NCBI GenBank assembly: GCA_016212005.1
Contig: JACRHP010000053.1
Span: 2,402 to 66,401 of the forward strand
Source: Candidatus Omnitrophota bacterium
Lineage (GTDB): Bacteria > Omnitrophota > Gorgyraeia > Zapsychrales > Zapsychraceae
Direction: 5' to 3'
DNA length: 64,000 nt
Numbering within the stretch: the stretch's first letter is position 1; each line of letters begins with the position of its first letter. Under the pieces are notes generated by a model, which was given only the letters and a program-made list of their open reading frames with translations, was not told where the DNA came from and ran no database searches. The position numbers and the translations under genes are program-made. Below are positions 1 to 8,548 of this stretch, piece by piece.

Positions 1-195
1 AAAGTTTCGTTGCAGCGGTATGAAAAGGTATTGGCCCATAAAAACGGTCTGGCGATCGTCCCGGTTAAAGACAGTTCCTGCGGCGGCTGTTACATGAACG
101 TGAATCCCCAGACGATCAACGCCATCAAGATGCATGACCAGTTCGTCGTCTGCGAGATATGTCAGCGGATCCTGTATATCGAAGATGATCTTTGA
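1..195 (+). CDS. C4-type zinc-ribbon protein (COG1579/DUF164-like), C-terminal fragment; 5' end lies outside the window
   Basis: The frame is open from position 1. The C-terminus carries paired CxxC motifs (CGGCYMNV...CEICQRILY) typical of this family. Zinc-ribbon followed by RNase H is a known arrangement. Confidence 0.6.
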   Translation, partial: KVSLQRYEKVLAHKNGLAIVPVKDSSCGGCYMNVNPQTINAIKMHDQFVVCEICQRILYIEDDL

Positions 196-221
196 CCCTG
201 TGAAGCCACGGGTGGTGATCG

Positions 222-701
222 ATGAACACTGTGCTTGAGATATTTGTCGACGGCGCCTGCAGCGGCAATCCGGGGCCGGCGGGAATTGGTGTCGTGATCA
301 AACGCGGCGGCAAAACGATCGCCGAGATTTCCAAAGCGATCGGCGAAGCGACCAACAATATCGCCGAATATTCAGCGCTTATCTGCGCCTTGCAGGAAGC
401 ATTGGTCCTCAAAGCGGCAAGGGTGAAAATTTTTACGGATAGCGAACTGATGTTTCATCAGCTGACCGGAAGCTACAAGGTCAAGGACCAAAAGCTGAAA
501 TTTTTGCATGATCAGGCACAGCAACTTAAACGCGGGTTTGCAAACGTCGAACTGGTCCACGTTCCCCGCGAAAAAAATAAAGAAGCAGATAAGTTAGCTA
601 CCAGCTCTTTGAATCATATTAACAAAAAGCAGGCCAAGATGGTTGCCACGCTGTTTGACTCATTCGGCCCCGCACAGCGGGGCTCTCAGAGTCAACCCTG
701 A
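222..701 (+). CDS. rnhA: Ribonuclease HI family protein
   Basis: Translation has FVDGACSGNPGPAGIG, NNIAEYSALI, FTDSELM and REKNKEADKLA, the RNase H fold DEDD-type motifs. The last ~25 codons overlap the 5' part of rnpB, so the true stop or functional C-terminus is uncertain. Confidence 0.85.
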   Translation: MNTVLEIFVDGACSGNPGPAGIGVVIKRGGKTIAEISKAIGEATNNIAEYSALICALQEALVLKAARVKIFTDSELMFHQLTGSYKVKDQKLKFLHDQAQQLKRGFANVELVHVPREKNKEADKLATSSLNHINKKQAKMVATLFDSFGPAQRGSQSQP

Positions 702-1110
702 GCGAAAGCGAAGGGTCGACAACAGCGCGGAGGAAAGTCCGAGCTCCGAAGGATAATGCACTCTGTTAACGCAGAGTTCTTTCCCTTTTCCTTGATGGAA
801 GGTAAGGGAAAGAAGATTAGAGCTACAGAGACGAGTTGCCTATTGCCTTTACTTTGCTTCGCAAACTAAAGGCAAAGCATAAGCAGGCAAAGTGAAACGA
901 GCAATCTCTGCATGGAGCAAGGCCGCATAGGGGAAGAGTATTGACTGGCTTTTCGTTAAGTTTAGGTCAATACGCGAGGTGATCCGCTTCGTTCGCATTC
1001 CCGGGTAGGCCGCAAGAGTCCAAGGAGCAATCCTTGGAGTTAGTTGAATAACCATCACCCTGAAGGGTTCTCCCCTCGGGAGAACAGAACTCGGCTTATT
1101 GGCCTGCTTT
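626..1110 (+). ncRNA. rnpB: RNase P RNA, bacterial type A-like
   Basis: Conserved P4 strands are present: GGAGGAAAGTCCGAGCTCC (729-747) and ACAGAACTCGGCTTAT (1084-1099). A perfect 12-bp P1 pairs AAAGCAGGCCAA (626-637) with TTGGCCTGCTTT (1099-1110). Ends are inferred from P1. Confidence 0.85.
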
Positions 1111-1153
1111 AAATTTTAAATAAATCGTTAAATAGTAATGGAGGTATTTAGCA

Positions 1154-1909
1154 ATGTCAGGTCATTCAAAATGGGCAAAAATTAAGCATAAAAAAGGCGC
1201 GGAAGACGCCAAGCGCGGCGCGGCGTTCACCAAGATGATCCGCGAGATCACGGCGGCGGCAAAAGACGGCGGCGGAAATGTCGATACGAACGTGCGCTTA
1301 AGAGCGGCTATTGAGCGTGCCAAGGGCATTAACATGCAGAAGTCCAATATTGAGAACGCCATTAAAAAGGGCACGGGTGAGCTTCCGGGGATTGTCTATG
1401 AAAGCGCGACATTTGACGCATATGGTCCAGGTGGTGTGGCCATGCTTATCGATGCTCTGACGGATAACAAAAACAGGACCACAGCGGAAATTCGTAATAT
1501 CCTTTCTAAAAAAAGCGGCAGTTTGGCCGGGCCTGGTGCGACGTCATATCTGTTCAGTAAAAAAGGGTTTTTGGCCGTCGACAAAGACAAGGTCAACGAG
1601 GAAACGTTGATGGAGATCGCCCTTGACGCCGGGGCCGAGGACATCAAGTCCGAGGGACAGAGTTACGAGATCACTTGTGATATCGCCAGCTTTCAAAAGG
1701 TCAAGGACGCCATCACCGCGAAAAAGATCCCCATTGCTACGGCTGAAATGACTATGTTACCCAGTAATTATATCCGTATCATCGGTGAAGACGCCAAATC
1801 GCTGTTGTCGCTCATGGAGGCGCTGGAAGATCAGGAGGATGTCCAGAACGTGTACGCCAATTTTGACATCCCCGATGAGGAGATGGAGAAGATTACCCAG
1901 GAGAAATGA
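1154..1909 (+). CDS. YebC/PmpR family DNA-binding transcriptional regulator
   Basis: The N-terminus MSGHSKWAKIKHKKG is the family signature. Length is 251 aa, and a GGAGG-like RBS lies upstream. Confidence 0.9.
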   Translation: MSGHSKWAKIKHKKGAEDAKRGAAFTKMIREITAAAKDGGGNVDTNVRLRAAIERAKGINMQKSNIENAIKKGTGELPGIVYESATFDAYGPGGVAMLIDALTDNKNRTTAEIRNILSKKSGSLAGPGATSYLFSKKGFLAVDKDKVNEETLMEIALDAGAEDIKSEGQSYEITCDIASFQKVKDAITAKKIPIATAEMTMLPSNYIRIIGEDAKSLLSLMEALEDQEDVQNVYANFDIPDEEMEKITQEK

Positions 1910-2388
1910 GAATCCTCGGCGTTGACCCCGGCCTGAAGGCGACCGGCTATGGCGTGGTGGAATTTGAGGCCAACAGGATCAAACTGCTGGAGACCGGGAC
2001 CATCGAGCCCAGGCAAAAGGATTTTATCCAGAACCGTATCAAAACGATTTATGTCGCGCTCAGCGAGGTGGTGGACCAGCACCGCCCCGATGTCCTTGTC
2101 CTTGAAAAATTGTACGCGCATTATAACCATCCGACGACGGCCAGTATTCTGGGTCACGTGCGCGGCGTTATTTGTCTTGTGTGCGCCCAGAAAGATTTGG
2201 GCCTGGTTGAGCATAGCGTCAAGCGCATCCGCCAGGCCTTGACTGGAAACGGTAACGCTTCCAAGCTGCAGGTCCGGCGGGTGGTCGGCCAGGCGCTCGG
2301 CATTGACGAGAACAAATTGACTTTGGATGCCAGCGACGCCCTGGCACTGGCGTTGGGATATATTCATCTGCACTGCCGAAGGCTATGA
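1906..2388 (+). CDS. ruvC: Crossover junction endodeoxyribonuclease RuvC
   Basis: MRILGVDPGL start with a C-terminal DASDALALAL motif. The ATGA stop/start overlaps yebC. Confidence 0.9.
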   Translation: MRILGVDPGLKATGYGVVEFEANRIKLLETGTIEPRQKDFIQNRIKTIYVALSEVVDQHRPDVLVLEKLYAHYNHPTTASILGHVRGVICLVCAQKDLGLVEHSVKRIRQALTGNGNASKLQVRRVVGQALGIDENKLTLDASDALALALGYIHLHCRRL

Positions 2389-3062
2389 TCGCACGAATCA
2401 CGGGAAAACTCGTCGAAAAACAGGATCATTCGCTCATTGTCAATGTCCACGGCATTTGTTATGAGATCATGGTACCGGCCTTTGTCCTGGCAAGCGTGGA
2501 GGAGACCCAGGACGTCCTGGGAGATGTGCATCTGGTGATTTATCATTATATGCAGATCACTCCATCGTCAGGAGTCCCCACCTTGATCGGGTTTATCAAC
2601 GAGATCGAGAGGGATTTTTTCCTGCAGTTCATTAAAGTCTCGGGAATAGGCCCGCGCGCGGCGGTCAAAGCGCTCAATAAACCCATTTCGGAAATCACCC
2701 GCGCCATCCACGCGGGAGACATTGAATATCTCAAGACCCTTCCCGGGATCGGTGTCCAAAAAGCCAAAGAGGTCGTCGCCAAACTCCAGGGGAAGATCGG
2801 CAGATTCGGGCTGATCCAGGACAAAGAAAAAGTCCTGGCTTCTGTGAAAGAGACTTCCGGTTGGCAAGAGGAGGCGCTGGACGTCCTTTTGCAGCTTCAG
2901 TACAAGCGTCACGAGGCCAGGGAGATGATCCAGAAAACGTTGGACCGCGTCAAGGGGATACGCAGCGCTGAGGAATTGTTAAACGAAATTTATAACCAGA
3001 AAATCCGCCCCGGCGCTCCAACGGCTGGCGCGGGGGTAACCTTAAACGAAAGACGGACATGA
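2385..3062 (+). CDS. ruvA: Holliday junction branch migration protein RuvA
   Basis: MIARITGKLVEK N-terminus and the HhH motif region LKTLPGIGVQKAKEVV. Overlaps the ruvC stop. Confidence 0.85.
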   Translation: MIARITGKLVEKQDHSLIVNVHGICYEIMVPAFVLASVEETQDVLGDVHLVIYHYMQITPSSGVPTLIGFINEIERDFFLQFIKVSGIGPRAAVKALNKPISEITRAIHAGDIEYLKTLPGIGVQKAKEVVAKLQGKIGRFGLIQDKEKVLASVKETSGWQEEALDVLLQLQYKRHEAREMIQKTLDRVKGIRSAEELLNEIYNQKIRPGAPTAGAGVTLNERRT

Positions 3063-3763
3063 CAGACCAAACGCTCAACGAAATAGATTCGGAACAAAGC
3101 CGGCATGTCAAAGGCGTTGTGGAGGCATTGCTGTTTGTCAACGAGAAGCCGGTGACGCTCGATCAGATAAAACGCGTGCTGGGAACGCCGGGTGTCGCCG
3201 AGATCAAAAACATCATCCAGGCTTTAAGCGAGGAATACAAACAAAGGCAAAGCGGCATACGTATCGTCGAGATTGCCGGCGGCTACCAGATGCTCAGCAG
3301 CCCCGGTTACGCCTCCTATATCCGCGATTTCTACAAGACCAAACATAAGGAAAAATTGTCCAAGCCGGCGCTGGAGACACTGGCCATCGTCGCCTACAAA
3401 CAGCCCGTCACGCGCACGGACGTGGAACTCATCCGCGGGGTCAATTCCGACGGGGTTATCGCGCACCTTTTAAGCAAGGAGCTTATCAAACCCGTCGGAC
3501 GAAAAGACGTGCCCGGCAGGCCTTTTCTTTACGGCACGACCAAACAGTTCATGGAATATTTCGGGCTTAAATCTCTTGATGATTTGCCCAAGTTGGAAGA
3601 ATTCCCGACATTGACGCCGGCGGCTGAAATGGAAACCGGTGAATCCATCCCCGCGCCCGTGGAAGAACAACGATCCGCCGGGCAACAGGATGAAAGCGCG
3701 GCCGCAAGCGCCGGTCAACAGCTTCAGGAAGTTGAGGAAAACAATGCTCAACAGTCTGCGTAA
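3059..3763 (+). CDS. scpB: Segregation and condensation protein B (ScpB)
   Basis: VEALLFVNEKPVTLDQI, LETLAIVAYKQPVTRTDVELIRGV and GRPFLYGTTKQFMEYFGL match ScpB hallmark segments. The C-terminal tail is acidic. Confidence 0.85.
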   Translation: MTDQTLNEIDSEQSRHVKGVVEALLFVNEKPVTLDQIKRVLGTPGVAEIKNIIQALSEEYKQRQSGIRIVEIAGGYQMLSSPGYASYIRDFYKTKHKEKLSKPALETLAIVAYKQPVTRTDVELIRGVNSDGVIAHLLSKELIKPVGRKDVPGRPFLYGTTKQFMEYFGLKSLDDLPKLEEFPTLTPAAEMETGESIPAPVEEQRSAGQQDESAAASAGQQLQEVEENNAQQSA

Positions 3764-4805
3764 AAAAATTGACATTATCGACAGCCGGATGGTGGCCCTG
3801 CTCAACCAGCGGGCCAGGCTCAGCCTTGCCATCGGCAAGGAAAAAATTAAAAATAGCAAGGGCATTTACTCGCCCCACCGCGAGAAGCAAGTGCTCCAAC
3901 GCATCCGGGACCTCAATAAGGGGCCGATGAGCTATGAGGATTTTGAATCGATCTATCGTGAAATTATGTCGAGTTCGCTTGCCCTGGAGAAATCTTTGCG
4001 GATCGCGTATTTAGGCACGGAAGGGTCCCACACTCACCTGGCGGCAAATAAAAAATTCGGTTCGCGGGTGACGTATATTCCCTGTGAGAGTATTCCGGAG
4101 GTGTTCCAGAAAGTCGAGTACGGCGACTGTGATTACGGTGTGGTGCCTATCGAGAACTCCATCGAGGGGGCGGTGACCACGACGTTTGACCTTCTCGTCG
4201 ATTCCGAGTTGAAGGCCTGCGCCCAAATCCTGATGAAGATCTCGCATAACCTCTTGTCGCGTACGCGGGATATCAGGGATATCCGGCGTATTTATTCTAA
4301 CCCCCAGGTGTTTGGACAGTGCCGGAACTGGCTGTTGGAGAATGCGCCCCGGGCGGGGCATATTGGGGTGGCTTCAACGACCGAGGCGGCCAGGCGCGCC
4401 AAGAAGGAGAAGGGCGCCGCGGCCATTGCCTCGAGCCTGGCGGCCAAGATTTATGGAATCCCCACCGTCCGGACCAACATCCAGGATATCGCCCATAACA
4501 CGACGCGGTTTCTGGTTTTGGCAACACACGATGTCCCGCCGACGGGCCGCGACCGCACTACGATCCTGTTCTCGATCAAGGACAAGGTGGGGGCGTTGCA
4601 CGCGATGTTGACCCCGTTCGTTAAAAACAAGATCAACCTGACGAAGATCGAGTCGCGCCCGGCCAAGAAAAAGGCCTGGGATTACTATTTCTTCGTCGAT
4701 TTTGAGGGGCATCGGATGGACAAGAACGTCCAAAAGGCGCTGGGCCAGCTGGAGGGAATGTGCAAGTATTTGAAAGTGATCGGGTCTTACCCGGTCATGG
4801 ATTGA
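3744..4805 (+). CDS. pheA: Bifunctional chorismate mutase / prephenate dehydratase (P-protein)
   Basis: Chorismate mutase N-terminus (LRKKIDIIDSRMVALLNQRARL), prephenate dehydratase core (IAYLGTEGSHTH) and an ACT tail (INLTKIESRP). Start moved to ATG 3744, preceded by GAGGAAAACA. The longer ORF from 3639 overlaps scpB out of frame. Confidence 0.85.
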   Translation: MLNSLRKKIDIIDSRMVALLNQRARLSLAIGKEKIKNSKGIYSPHREKQVLQRIRDLNKGPMSYEDFESIYREIMSSSLALEKSLRIAYLGTEGSHTHLAANKKFGSRVTYIPCESIPEVFQKVEYGDCDYGVVPIENSIEGAVTTTFDLLVDSELKACAQILMKISHNLLSRTRDIRDIRRIYSNPQVFGQCRNWLLENAPRAGHIGVASTTEAARRAKKEKGAAAIASSLAAKIYGIPTVRTNIQDIAHNTTRFLVLATHDVPPTGRDRTTILFSIKDKVGALHAMLTPFVKNKINLTKIESRPAKKKAWDYYFFVDFEGHRMDKNVQKALGQLEGMCKYLKVIGSYPVMD

Positions 4806-4812
4806 CCGACTG

Positions 4813-5898
4813 ATGCGCCGCTTCGCCCAAAAGACGATTTTTAAAGTCCAACTTTATGTGCCGGGCAGGCCTATCGAGGAAGTCAAGCGGGAGCTGGGGT
4901 TAAAGGACGTTATCAAGCTCGCTTCCAACGAGAACCCTTGGGGCCCGTCCCCGAAGGCCGTCGCGGCCATCATGAAGGAAGCCAGGCAGGTCAACCGTTA
5001 TCCCGACGGCGACTGTTTTTACCTGCGTCAAGCACTCGCCAAACGTCTGCAAGTTTCCCCCCGGCAGCTTGTCTTCGGCAACGGTTCCGATGAGATCATC
5101 GTCCTGGCGGCGCGGACCTTCATCCGGCCCGGCGATGAGGTCATTATCGCGAAGCCTTCGTTTCTTATCTATGATATCGCCGCGACGATCGCCGGCGCCA
5201 GGGTGAAAGCCGTCCCCTTAAAGAATTTTCGTTACGACCTGGAAGGGATGAAAAAGGCCGTCAGCAAAAAGACGCGGATCATTTTTCTGGGTAACCCGGA
5301 CAACCCTTCGGGACAATACTTCACGCAGAAGCAGGTCGAGCGTTTCCTGGATGGGCTGCGCCGGGACATTTTGATCTTTATCGACGAGGCATACCATGAA
5401 TACGTCCAGGCCCCGGATTACGTCGATGCCATCGGTCTGTTAAAACGGCACAAGAATATCCTCGCCACCCGCACGTTCTCGAAAATGTACGGCCTGGCGG
5501 GACTGCGCGTCGGTTACGGGATCGGCGATGAAGAGACTGTCGATTGTCTCAACCGCGTCCGCGAGCCGTTCAATGTTAACTCGCTGGCACAGGCCGCGGC
5601 ACTGGCGTGCCTCAATGACCGCCCGTATTATCAGAAGCTGGCCGTTGAGATTGAGCGTCAGCGCAAGGCCATTTACGCGGGGCTGGGGAAATTGGGGGTA
5701 AAATATATTGAAAGTTGTACTAATTTTGTTCTAATGGATATGCGCCAGGATGCTTCCCGTATCGTCCGGGCGTTGTTGGCTAAAGGCGTCATTGTGCGGG
5801 ATATGCGTGCCTGGGGGTTGGAACGTTTTATCCGGGTCACCATCGGTACCGCGGTGGAAAATGAGCGGTTCCTGAACGCGCTTAAGGAAATCCTATGA
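4813..5898 (+). CDS. hisC: Histidinol-phosphate / aromatic aminotransferase (class II PLP enzyme)
   Basis: [13 protein letters not shown] and [16 protein letters not shown] (PLP-lysine motif). Sits inside the aromatic cluster. Confidence 0.8.
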   Translation: MRRFAQKTIFKVQLYVPGRPIEEVKRELGLKDVIKLASNENPWGPSPKAVAAIMKEARQVNRYPDGDCFYLRQALAKRLQVSPRQLVFGNGSDEIIVLAARTFIRPGDEVIIAKPSFLIYDIAATIAGARVKAVPLKNFRYDLEGMKKAVSKKTRIIFLGNPDNPSGQYFTQKQVERFLDGLRRDILIFIDEAYHEYVQAPDYVDAIGLLKRHKNILATRTFSKMYGLAGLRVGYGIGDEETVDCLNRVREPFNVNSLAQAAALACLNDRPYYQKLAVEIERQRKAIYAGLGKLGVKYIESCTNFVLMDMRQDASRIVRALLAKGVIVRDMRAWGLERFIRVTIGTAVENERFLNALKEIL

Positions 5899-6911
5899 TA
5901 GTTATTTTAAAATCGGACGTGACCGAGGATCAAATTAATCATATCCTTGAGAAAACCGGAAAACTTGGGTTAAAGGCCCATATTTCCCGGGGCGTGGAGA
6001 GGACGATCATCGGCCTCATTGGGCCGGAGGACGTCCTTCAGGTCACTCCGCTGGAAGTGTTCCCCGGCGTCGAGCGGGTGCTCCCCGTTTTGTCGCCTTA
6101 CCGGCTGGTATCGCGGGAGTTCAAGAAGGAAGATTCCATTGTCCCGATCAATGACCAGATCAAGATCGGCGGCAAATGCGTCCATGTGATGGCGGGTCCG
6201 TGTTCGATCGAAACCGCCGAGGGGATCCGCGCCATCGCCCAAAAGGTCAAAAAGGCCGGGGCGACGGTCCTGCGCGGCGGGGCATTCAAGCCGCGGACCT
6301 CTCCGTATGATTTTCAGGGTTTGGGCGAGGAGGGATTAAAATATCTTGCTGATGCGGGCCGGGAATGCGGCCTGGCGACGGTGACCGAAGTCATGGACCC
6401 GCGCGACGTGGGACTCATTTGCCGGTACACCGACATCTTGCAGATAGGCGCCCGGAACATGCAGAATTTTTCTTTACTGAAGGAAGTGGGCAAGGTGCAC
6501 AAACCAGTATTGCTCAAGCGCGGCATCGCCGCGACTATCAAGGAATGGCTCATGTCCGCCGAGTACATACTGGCCAACGGGAACTTTAACGTCATTTTAT
6601 GCGAACGCGGCATCCGGACTTTTGAGACGGCCACGCGCAACACTCTGGACATCAACGCGATCCCCGTGGTCAAACAACTGTCGCATCTGCCGGTCATCGT
6701 GGACCCGAGCCACGCGACGGGCAAGTGGGACCTGGTGGCCAGCGCGGCCAAGGCGGGGGTCGCCGCCGGCTGCGACGGGTTGATGATCGAGGTCCACGAG
6801 AACCCGGAGGAAGCGTTATCAGACGGGCCGCAGTCACTGAAGCCCGAAAAGTTCGAAGCTTTGATGAAAGATTTAAGAAAAATCGCCGCGGCAGTTTCCC
6901 GGGAAATCTAA
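5895..6911 (+). CDS. aroF: 3-deoxy-7-phosphoheptulonate (DAHP) synthase, type I-beta with N-terminal ferredoxin-like regulatory domain
   Basis: [32 protein letters not shown] and DPSHATG motifs. About 75 aa of N-terminal extension, as in Thermotoga-type enzymes. Confidence 0.85.
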   Translation: MIVILKSDVTEDQINHILEKTGKLGLKAHISRGVERTIIGLIGPEDVLQVTPLEVFPGVERVLPVLSPYRLVSREFKKEDSIVPINDQIKIGGKCVHVMAGPCSIETAEGIRAIAQKVKKAGATVLRGGAFKPRTSPYDFQGLGEEGLKYLADAGRECGLATVTEVMDPRDVGLICRYTDILQIGARNMQNFSLLKEVGKVHKPVLLKRGIAATIKEWLMSAEYILANGNFNVILCERGIRTFETATRNTLDINAIPVVKQLSHLPVIVDPSHATGKWDLVASAAKAGVAAGCDGLMIEVHENPEEALSDGPQSLKPEKFEALMKDLRKIAAAVSREI

Positions 6912-6919
6912 GGAGCTCT

Positions 6920-7774
6920 ATGTTATCACGGACACATCTTTTCAGACAGGTGACAATTATCGGTGTCGGGTTGATGGGCGGATCCCTCGGCTTGGCTTTG
7001 AAAAAACGCGGGCTTGCCCAAGAGGTGGTCGGCGTTTCCCATCGGCAGGAATCGCTCGATAAGGCGATCAATGCCCAGGCCATCGATTCCGGTTCTCTGG
7101 ACCTGCAAAAAGGAATCGCCAACGCTGAACTTGTTGTCCTGGCTACGCCAGTCCAGACCATCATTCAGCACATTGCTTTGATTAACGCCCACCTTCGCCG
7201 GGGATGTCTTGTCACCGACTTGGGCAGCGCCAAGGAAGAGATCGTTTTAAGGGCAGAGAACACGCTGTCGGCGCCGGGACTTTTTGTCGGCTCGCATCCT
7301 TTGGCCGGTTCCGAGAAGACCGGGGCCGAGAACGCCAGCGCGGACCTATTTGAGAACACGCGCTGTATCATGACCCCGACGGAGAAAACAAGCCCCGTTG
7401 CCAAAGAGAAAATCAGATTTCTCTGGACCAAACTCGGCGCGCAGGTTGAGTTTTTATCTCCCGAAGACCACGACAAAATCTTGGCCCAAGTAAGCCACCT
7501 GCCGCATCTTCTGGCTTATGCCCTAATGGAATCCATCCCCGGGGAATCCCTGGGCTACGCGCTGCAGGGGCTTAAAGATTCGACCCGCATCGCCGCTTCC
7601 TCCCCCCAGATGTGGAACGACATTTGCCTGGCTAATTCCAAGAATGTCCTGCAGGCGCTGGACGCTTTGGTCAAGCAGTTGGCTTTCTTGCGCAAAACCA
7701 TCAGCCAGCGCGATCAAAAGAACCTGGTTCAATTCTTCAGCAGGGCCAAAGAAAAACGCGATTCCATTTTTTAA
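6920..7774 (+). CDS. tyrA: Prephenate dehydrogenase
   Basis: VTIIGVGLMGGSLGLAL Rossmann motif plus GSHPLAGSE. Start set at ATG 6920 behind AAGGAG. The ORF from 6725 is an out-of-frame overlap with aroF. Confidence 0.8.
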   Translation: MLSRTHLFRQVTIIGVGLMGGSLGLALKKRGLAQEVVGVSHRQESLDKAINAQAIDSGSLDLQKGIANAELVVLATPVQTIIQHIALINAHLRRGCLVTDLGSAKEEIVLRAENTLSAPGLFVGSHPLAGSEKTGAENASADLFENTRCIMTPTEKTSPVAKEKIRFLWTKLGAQVEFLSPEDHDKILAQVSHLPHLLAYALMESIPGESLGYALQGLKDSTRIAASSPQMWNDICLANSKNVLQALDALVKQLAFLRKTISQRDQKNLVQFFSRAKEKRDSIF

Positions 7775-7780
7775 ATCAGA

Positions 7781-8470
7781 ATGACACAAAAAACAAAGGC
7801 CGTGGCGCAGAAATTGGAAGTGATCACTATTGACGGCCCCGCGGGAGCGGGCAAAAGCACCGTTGCCAAGGAACTGGCCCGGCGGCTCGGCGTTTTTTAT
7901 CTGGACACGGGCGCGATGTACCGTGCGCTCACCCTTAAGGCGATCCGTCTGGGGTTGAACTTAGAGGACGCCGCGACGTTGGTCGAAGCGGCTCGCGACA
8001 CGAAGATCCGGCTGGAGAACCACAACAGCGGCACCAAAGTCCTCTTGGACGGCGAAGACGTCAGCGAAGCCATCCGTTCGCTGGAGGTGACCAATAAGAC
8101 CTTTTATATCGCTCGCACCGGCGGCGTGCGCGAGATCATGGTCGGCTGGCAGCGGGAGATTGGCGCGCGCCAGAGCGTCGTCATCGAAGGCCGCGACGTG
8201 GGCACCGTGGTCTTCCCGAAGGCCGCGCACAAATTTTATCTCGACGCCGACTTCGAGGAACGCGTCCGCCGCCGGGTCAAGGAACTCCGGGAAAAAGGCA
8301 AGCAGGTTGATGAAGACAGCCTCAAAAAGGAATTGCAGGAACGCGATCACAAGGATTTCACCCGCGCCGTGGGCCCCTTGAAGGTGGCCGAGGACGCGGT
8401 CGTCATCGATACCACTCACCTGACGGTCAACGGGACGGTGGATGAGATACTCAAGCATATTAACAAATGA
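7781..8470 (+). CDS. cmk: Cytidylate kinase
   Basis: ITIDGPAGAGKST P-loop, YLDTGAMYRA and GRDVGTVVFP. Confidence 0.9.
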   Translation: MTQKTKAVAQKLEVITIDGPAGAGKSTVAKELARRLGVFYLDTGAMYRALTLKAIRLGLNLEDAATLVEAARDTKIRLENHNSGTKVLLDGEDVSEAIRSLEVTNKTFYIARTGGVREIMVGWQREIGARQSVVIEGRDVGTVVFPKAAHKFYLDADFEERVRRRVKELREKGKQVDEDSLKKELQERDHKDFTRAVGPLKVAEDAVVIDTTHLTVNGTVDEILKHINK

Positions 8471-8480
8471 ATACGCAAGT

Positions 8481-8543
8481 GGTCACCCAGTCACCAGGTC
8501 ACCCGTCACACGTGTGACGTTGTGACTTGGTGACCTTGTGACG
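8481..8543. repeat. Intergenic modular palindrome, GTCAC type (4 x ~8-nt GTCAC units, then 4 x GTGAC units)
   Basis: Left arm is ggtcacc-cagtcacc-aggtcacc-cgtcaca. The centre is the perfect palindrome cgtcacacgtgtgacg. Right arm is tgtgacg-ttgtgac-ttggtgacc-ttgtgacg and runs into the lepA start. Confidence 0.8.
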
Positions 8544-8548
8544 TGTAT

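Noticed and set aside
3639-3743. N-terminal ORF extensions: pheA 3639-3743, tyrA 6725-6919, sdhA 46554-46706, hemN 60076-60471, pntB 16381-16497, pntAA 18156-18221
   Set aside because: Each extension overlaps the preceding gene out of frame or lacks family similarity. In each case an internal start with an RBS, or a start/stop overlap, fits the conserved N-terminus.
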